In this document: one piece after another, positions 60,078-64,000 of the stretch
Layout: each line of letters starts with the position of its first letter
Position numbering within the stretch: position 1 is the first letter of the stretch
Assembly (NCBI GenBank): GCA_965262725.1
Contig: OZ253555.1
Coordinates: 2,400,001 to 2,464,000, forward strand
From: Dehalococcoidia bacterium
Lineage (GTDB): Bacteria; Chloroflexota; Dehalococcoidia; UBA2979
Length of the DNA: 64,000 nucleotides
Direction: 5' to 3'
Program-made: the position numbers and the translations under genes
Notes under the pieces: generated by a model
What the model saw: the letters and a program-made list of their open reading frames with translations, nothing else
Told to the model about the DNA's origin: nothing
Databases searched by the model: none

Positions 60078-60611
60078 ATGCCCGAGGACCTGGTGTTCAC
60101 CGTGCAGCCCGGCGTTGCCCGGCGGGCGCACTCGATCAGTCTGGCGGAGGCGGGGCTCCGTGAACGGGCCGATCTCCAGGAGTGGGTGCGCAAGAACCCC
60201 GAGATCCTGGGCAGCGGCGTTCGCATCGTGACCTTCGAGTTCGGTGCCTGGCAGGCGCGTGATGGACACGCCTCCGATCGGCTCGACCTACTGGGGTTGG
60301 ACGATGACGGGCGCCTCGTGGTCGCCGAGCTCAAGCGCGGCCCGTCTCCGGACACGGTGGAGATGCAGGCGATCAAGTACGCGGCCTTCGCGAGTCGCTT
60401 CACCGCGCAGACCCTGGCCGAGCGCCACGCCGAATACCTGTCCCGAGTCGCCGGCGTCACCGTGTCGGAGGATGAAGCCCGCGAACAGCTCGAGGAACAC
60501 GCCGGTGGTGAGCTCGACCCCGACCTGCTCCGTCAGCCGCGGATCATCCTGCTGGCGGCGAGCTTTCCCCCGCAGGTGACGGCGAGCGCGGTCTGGCTGA
60601 CCGAGATGGGC
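60078..60611 (+). pseudogene. Truncated NucS/DUF91-like PD-(D/E)xK endonuclease
   Basis: ERADLQEW...PEILG, RLDLLGLDDDGRLVVAELKR, MQAIKYAA, PRIILLA; breaks after WLTEMG. Confidence 0.8.
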
Positions 60612-60790
60612 AGCCGTGATGGTCAGCGGAACCGTGCCGCCTTCGGCCACCTCTCCAGCGCCTGCCGAGAACGTGACGGCCGCCACGTCGTTGTCGTTCA
60701 CGGTCACAGTGGCCGAGTTGATGGCGCTTGTCAGGTAGACGGGAGGACTGGTCGTGCTGCCCAGGATGAGGGCCGTCACCGTGCCGGGGG
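60612..60790 (-). pseudogene. Fragment of a Calx-beta-type surface gene
   Basis: SATVTVNDNDVAAVTFSAGAGEVAEGGTVPLTIT. Confidence 0.65.
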
Positions 60791-60959
60791 CTCGACGACG
60801 CTGTCGTCGAGTGTGAGCACGGCGAGGTCGGCCGTGGCGTCGTCGCTCCAGGGATCGCGCGGGGCGACACATCGTTTTGCGACCTTGAGGGGCGGCGGTC
60901 CAAGCCGGGCTTCGCTGGGGTCAGAGTGCTCAGCCATGTATCAGCGGGGCGGGCGCGGT

Positions 60960-61301
60960 CTAGACGGCCTCGGGCTGAAGGGCCGGAACCTCGACCTCGA
61001 CCAACTCGAATCGCGTCGAGAGCGTCTGGGGGGCGTCGCCATCTTCGGCCAGCAACTCCTCGTCGGCATCGGAGAGGGCCTGGCTGTGGTACGCGATGGC
61101 GTCGTCGATGGACATCGTGGGCTCCGGTACAGGGTCGCCGTCCTCTACCAGGGCCTCGATGTGGAATGTGAGCGCCTCGCGAATCATCGCGAGCATCTCA
61201 TCGGGGGTGCCGGCGGTGCTGATGCAGCCCGGCACGTCCGGCGCGTAGGCGCCGTAGTTGTTCGGGGTCTGCTCAATGACGACTGCGTACGTCAGCTTCA
61301 T
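60960..61301 (-). CDS. hicB: HicB antitoxin
   Basis: YAVVIEQTPNNYGAYAPDVPGCIST...GDPVPEP. Confidence 0.9.
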   Translation of the reverse strand: MKLTYAVVIEQTPNNYGAYAPDVPGCISTAGTPDEMLAMIREALTFHIEALVEDGDPVPEPTMSIDDAIAYHSQALSDADEELLAEDGDAPQTLSTRFELVEVEVPALQPEAV

Positions 61302-61452
61302 CGCGAATCCCCGCGGAGGCCTGCCTGTCTCCGGATGTTGAGCCACGTACCCCTTGGCACTTCATCCCCCAAGTTGCCCGGAATCGTGACCGTGCCCGGC
61401 TTCTCGGGGTGGCGAAAGTGGCGGTGGCTGCCCCGCGTCCTCACATGGTACG
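61298..61452 (-). pseudogene. hicA: HicA toxin lacking its 5' end
   Basis: VRTRGSHRHFRHPEKPGTVTIPG...GTWLNIRRQAGL; upstream sequence belongs to another gene. Confidence 0.85.
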
Positions 61453-62727
61453 GTCGAGTGTCGGGTCGACAATAGTGGTCCGCCCCACCTCCAAACCCGG
61501 GCGATAGTCCTCCTCCCGGCAGGCACCCAGTAGCAGTACTCCGGGTCTGTCGATGAACTCTCGGGCGAAGTCGGACCAGCCATCGGTGGCGGGACGGCCG
61601 AGGTTGTCGGCGCACAGCAGCAGCGGATAGTGCTCGGACGGCTCTTGCAGCCAGAGCCACCGCGCGAGCGTCGGAACGTCTTCGGGCAGGAGCCGCAGCA
61701 GTCGATACGGGCGCGTCCTCCCCGAGAGTGTCCGGGCCGTCCGCCACATGAGCGCCGACTTTCCTGCTCCCGAGGGTGCCGAGAGCAGCGCCGAATGCCG
61801 TTCGCTCAAAGCCTCCGTAATCGCTTGCACCTCGGCGTTGCGGGGCAGATCGAGGTCGGCTGCTATGTGGGCGGGCAGCACGTCGACGCCCGTCAGGAAT
61901 TCTTCGATGGGCAGATCGGCCCGCACACCGAAGTCCACCGGCTCGACGAGTCCGGTACGAACTGCCTCGTCGAGACTCTCGACATCCACCGTCTGGATTA
62001 CCCGCGTCGCGAGTGTCTCCAGGTCGGACGGCGTGATCGACTGGGCGGTGTCGGGTGTGGCCGAGCGCTGCCGAGCCGCGATCTCGGTGATCTCTTCCAC
62101 TAGCCGCGCGTAGACCAGGACGGCTGCAGACGGCTGACTCCCGATTGCGCGCAGCCCAGCGAGCTCGCGTCGAGTGTCTTCGACGACACTTCGCTCCACC
62201 TGCACGATGTGGGTTCGGGCCAGGACCGCCTTGGGATCGTCGAAGTCGGACTCGAGGCGCGAGGCGAGTTCGTCGACACTGGTTCGGTCAACGCACTCCG
62301 TAACAGGCCGATCCCAGCCAGTCGGGGCCAGGCCGCCGCCAAGCGTCGCGTCTGTCACCAGGGCGAACCGGCGAGACGCTTCTCGTTCGAGGAGAGTGTT
62401 CTTCTTCCGCAGGGCGTCCGCGAGGTTCGAACGTCCGAAGCGTGCCGACGGAGCACGTTCCTTCACCTGGACGAGCACCCGAGTGCCATCCCTGAGTTCG
62501 ACATCTATGTCTTCGGAGCCCTCGGGGGTCGCGCGGGCCAACGGAAACCTGCCTGCAAGTGCGTCGACAAGCAGCTTCGCGGTCACCGCGACCTGAAAGC
62601 TCACACCCGCAATGTTGTGAGCGCCAGCACGGCTTCAGTCCTGCTCGGGGGCGCGAGGAGGTGCCCCGCTCGCCACTGGCGGGCTTCGTCTCTTAACTCG
62701 ACCCCGACGCTGCTTCCGTTGGCTCAT
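61441..62727 (-). pseudogene. Cap4/DUF4297-like nuclease + P-loop ATPase defence gene; nonsense codon near the 5' end and truncated at the 3' end
   Basis: EQD*SRAGAHNIAGVSFQ, EGSEDID...VQVKE, APSGAGKS, LLLCADNL; ends abruptly in hicA. Confidence 0.75.
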
Positions 62728-62910
62728 AGCAGTACGTGCGTGCTCCCACCTCAGCAGCCTACCCCTTGGTATCGCTTACTACCCGGGACTGACCCGAGGG
62801 GTTGCGCTCACAGGCTCAAGCGCGGCCGGCGCGAGTCTGCCACGTTGAGACTCACCATTGCCGACGGACAGGAGAAGCTGACATCAGCGCGGCTCGATGT
62901 GAACATGTCG

Positions 62911-62940
62911 TTGACATTGTCAGATAAATCGGGGTACCGT
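62911..62940 (+). promoter_or_regulatory. Sigma70-like promoter with a palindrome over the -35
   Basis: TTGACA-N18-TACCGT; TGACA-T-TGTCA palindrome. Confidence 0.5.
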
Positions 62941-62970
62941 CGTCGTGCTCGGAGTTGCAGGAGAGCGAAC

Positions 62971-63624
62971 GTGGCGGAACTGGACCGTTTCGACAAGACC
63001 TTCACCGCTGGCTGGAGAGCCGCGTTCAACTACGCCCGCGGTGGTACTGCCTCAGATAGGGAGGTCGGCGACAAGCTGATGAAGTCGCTGGCGAAGACCC
63101 TGCGAGAACAGGGAGGCGTTCCTGGCCTGCGTGAGATGAGCGAGGTAGTCGTGAGTGGCCTCGGCTCTCCGCTCGACGAGCACTTCGCCGCGTTGGACCG
63201 CATCGTCCGCAATCATCACGGTCACCGCCAGACGAAGGTGGCGGCGGGGGCCGCAAAGTTCCTCCTCGTATCCCAGGAGGCGGTCACTGCGCCAGGCCCC
63301 GGCACTGGCGTCGTCGACCAGTTCGTCACCCGAGCGTGCGAGGCCATCATCGAGCACAAGTTCTTCGCCAACGCTCGGCAGCACCTGGTCACCGAAGGAA
63401 AGCTGCCAGACCACGCGGCAGCCTACGACTGGCAGCGCCGGATCGAGCACCTCAATCGGCCTGCGGTGGAGAGGATTGCCGGCCAACTGCTAGAGAATCC
63501 AAGTGCAGAAGGTCTGCGGGCGCCAAGGCGGACCGTGCCAACGGAATCCATCAGCACGCTCCTCTACGAAGACCTGCTCCCGTCGGGAGCGCTAGACCCC
63601 GCGCCGGCAAGGCTGCCGCAGTGA
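62971..63624 (+). CDS. Helical hypothetical protein (217 aa) coupled to a QueC-like gene
   Basis: AGGAG RBS before GTG 62971; GTGA overlap with the next gene. Confidence 0.75.
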   Translation: MAELDRFDKTFTAGWRAAFNYARGGTASDREVGDKLMKSLAKTLREQGGVPGLREMSEVVVSGLGSPLDEHFAALDRIVRNHHGHRQTKVAAGAAKFLLVSQEAVTAPGPGTGVVDQFVTRACEAIIEHKFFANARQHLVTEGKLPDHAAAYDWQRRIEHLNRPAVERIAGQLLENPSAEGLRAPRRTVPTESISTLLYEDLLPSGALDPAPARLPQ

Positions 63625-64000
63625 ATCTTGAGCCCTTTTCCTATGACTTCACCGTCCATCCCCGGGACGTAGGCCTTCACAGCACTTGTTGGATGGATGG
63701 TGAGGACCTGTCGCGCCCCTTCAGCGAAGCGCTGCCTCCGGATGCAGCCGACTTGCTGGACCTCGCGCTGGCGATATACGCCGCCGACCGCTCTTCGCGG
63801 CGTGACTTCAAGCGCTCGAACACCGGCCAGCGCCGCATTGATGTTCGGCTTGCGCTGAGGAACCCTGACTATTGGACCGCGCCCGGGACGGCTGATCGCC
63901 TCCAGGAGTTCCTCTATTGGCTCAGCGAAGACGAGTGGTCGTTTCGTCTTGAGCAACGAAGAGCCGCTCGGACCCCCGCCGAGTCCGGGGCGTTCCTTTT
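63621..64000 (+). CDS. QueC-like (QatC-type) protein, N-terminal part; runs off the window
   Basis: Open frame absent from the ORF track: ADLLDLALAIYAADRSSRR...RRIDVRLALRNPDYW...LYWLSEDEWSF; PP-loop not yet reached. Confidence 0.7.
   Translation, partial: MNLEPFSYDFTVHPRDVGLHSTCWMDGEDLSRPFSEALPPDAADLLDLALAIYAADRSSRRDFKRSNTGQRRIDVRLALRNPDYWTAPGTADRLQEFLYWLSEDEWSFRLEQRRAARTPAESGAFL

Noticed and set aside
59940-61475. 511-aa ORF
   Set aside because: Only 60078-60611 is coding; the rest is antisense to the Calx fragment and hicBA
6037-62640. Stop-codon reassignment (TAG/TGA at Trp, Gln or Arg positions)
   Set aside because: TGA and TAG end many intact genes here, and the substitutions occur in genes with other lesions, so ordinary pseudogenisation explains them
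62209-62970. N-terminal extension of the 471-aa ORF
   Set aside because: Antisense to the nuclease-ATPase gene; promoter and RBS support a start at 62971

Overview
This is a GC-rich, heavily rearranged accessory region with no housekeeping genes. The gene content suggests a Chloroflexota (Dehalococcoidia-like) host, possibly host-associated; that assignment is inference only. Five themes dominate. (1) A family of large secreted proteins carries different N-terminal passengers (a PPDK/glucan-water-dikinase-like enzyme, RCC1 repeats, a cadherin-like domain, FN3/Calx/PKD domains) on one conserved C-terminal cassette: Gly linker, PRGIWSDG beta-propeller, cadherin-like domain and a duplicated ~80-aa Cys-containing domain. 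There are four copies, two of them tail-to-tail and sharing a 901-bp near-identical inverted repeat. (2) Pro/Thr-linker lipoproteins carry RCC1 or propeller+SH3-like domains. (3) Four complete IS elements (IS5, IS21, two IS1380) all sit inside surface-protein genes with readable target duplications, alongside IS3, IS110, IS256 and IS5-like remnants and tRNA 3'-end (att-like) remnants. (4) A plasmid/phage-like operon (ArdC, Rad52-like annealase, CHC2 primase) lies next to mirror-image 11-bp-phased GTTC/GAAC arrays. (5) There are many toxin-antitoxin and defence genes or fragments: Phd-VapC, GNAT-DUF1778, two HicAB, a MazF relic, DUF2442/DUF4160, an NYN RNase with a structured leader, an AlbA_2 ATP-binding protein, a NucS-like fragment, a Cap4-like nuclease-ATPase, and a QueC-like operon running off the right edge. 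All domain calls come from motif recognition by eye; no searches were run.
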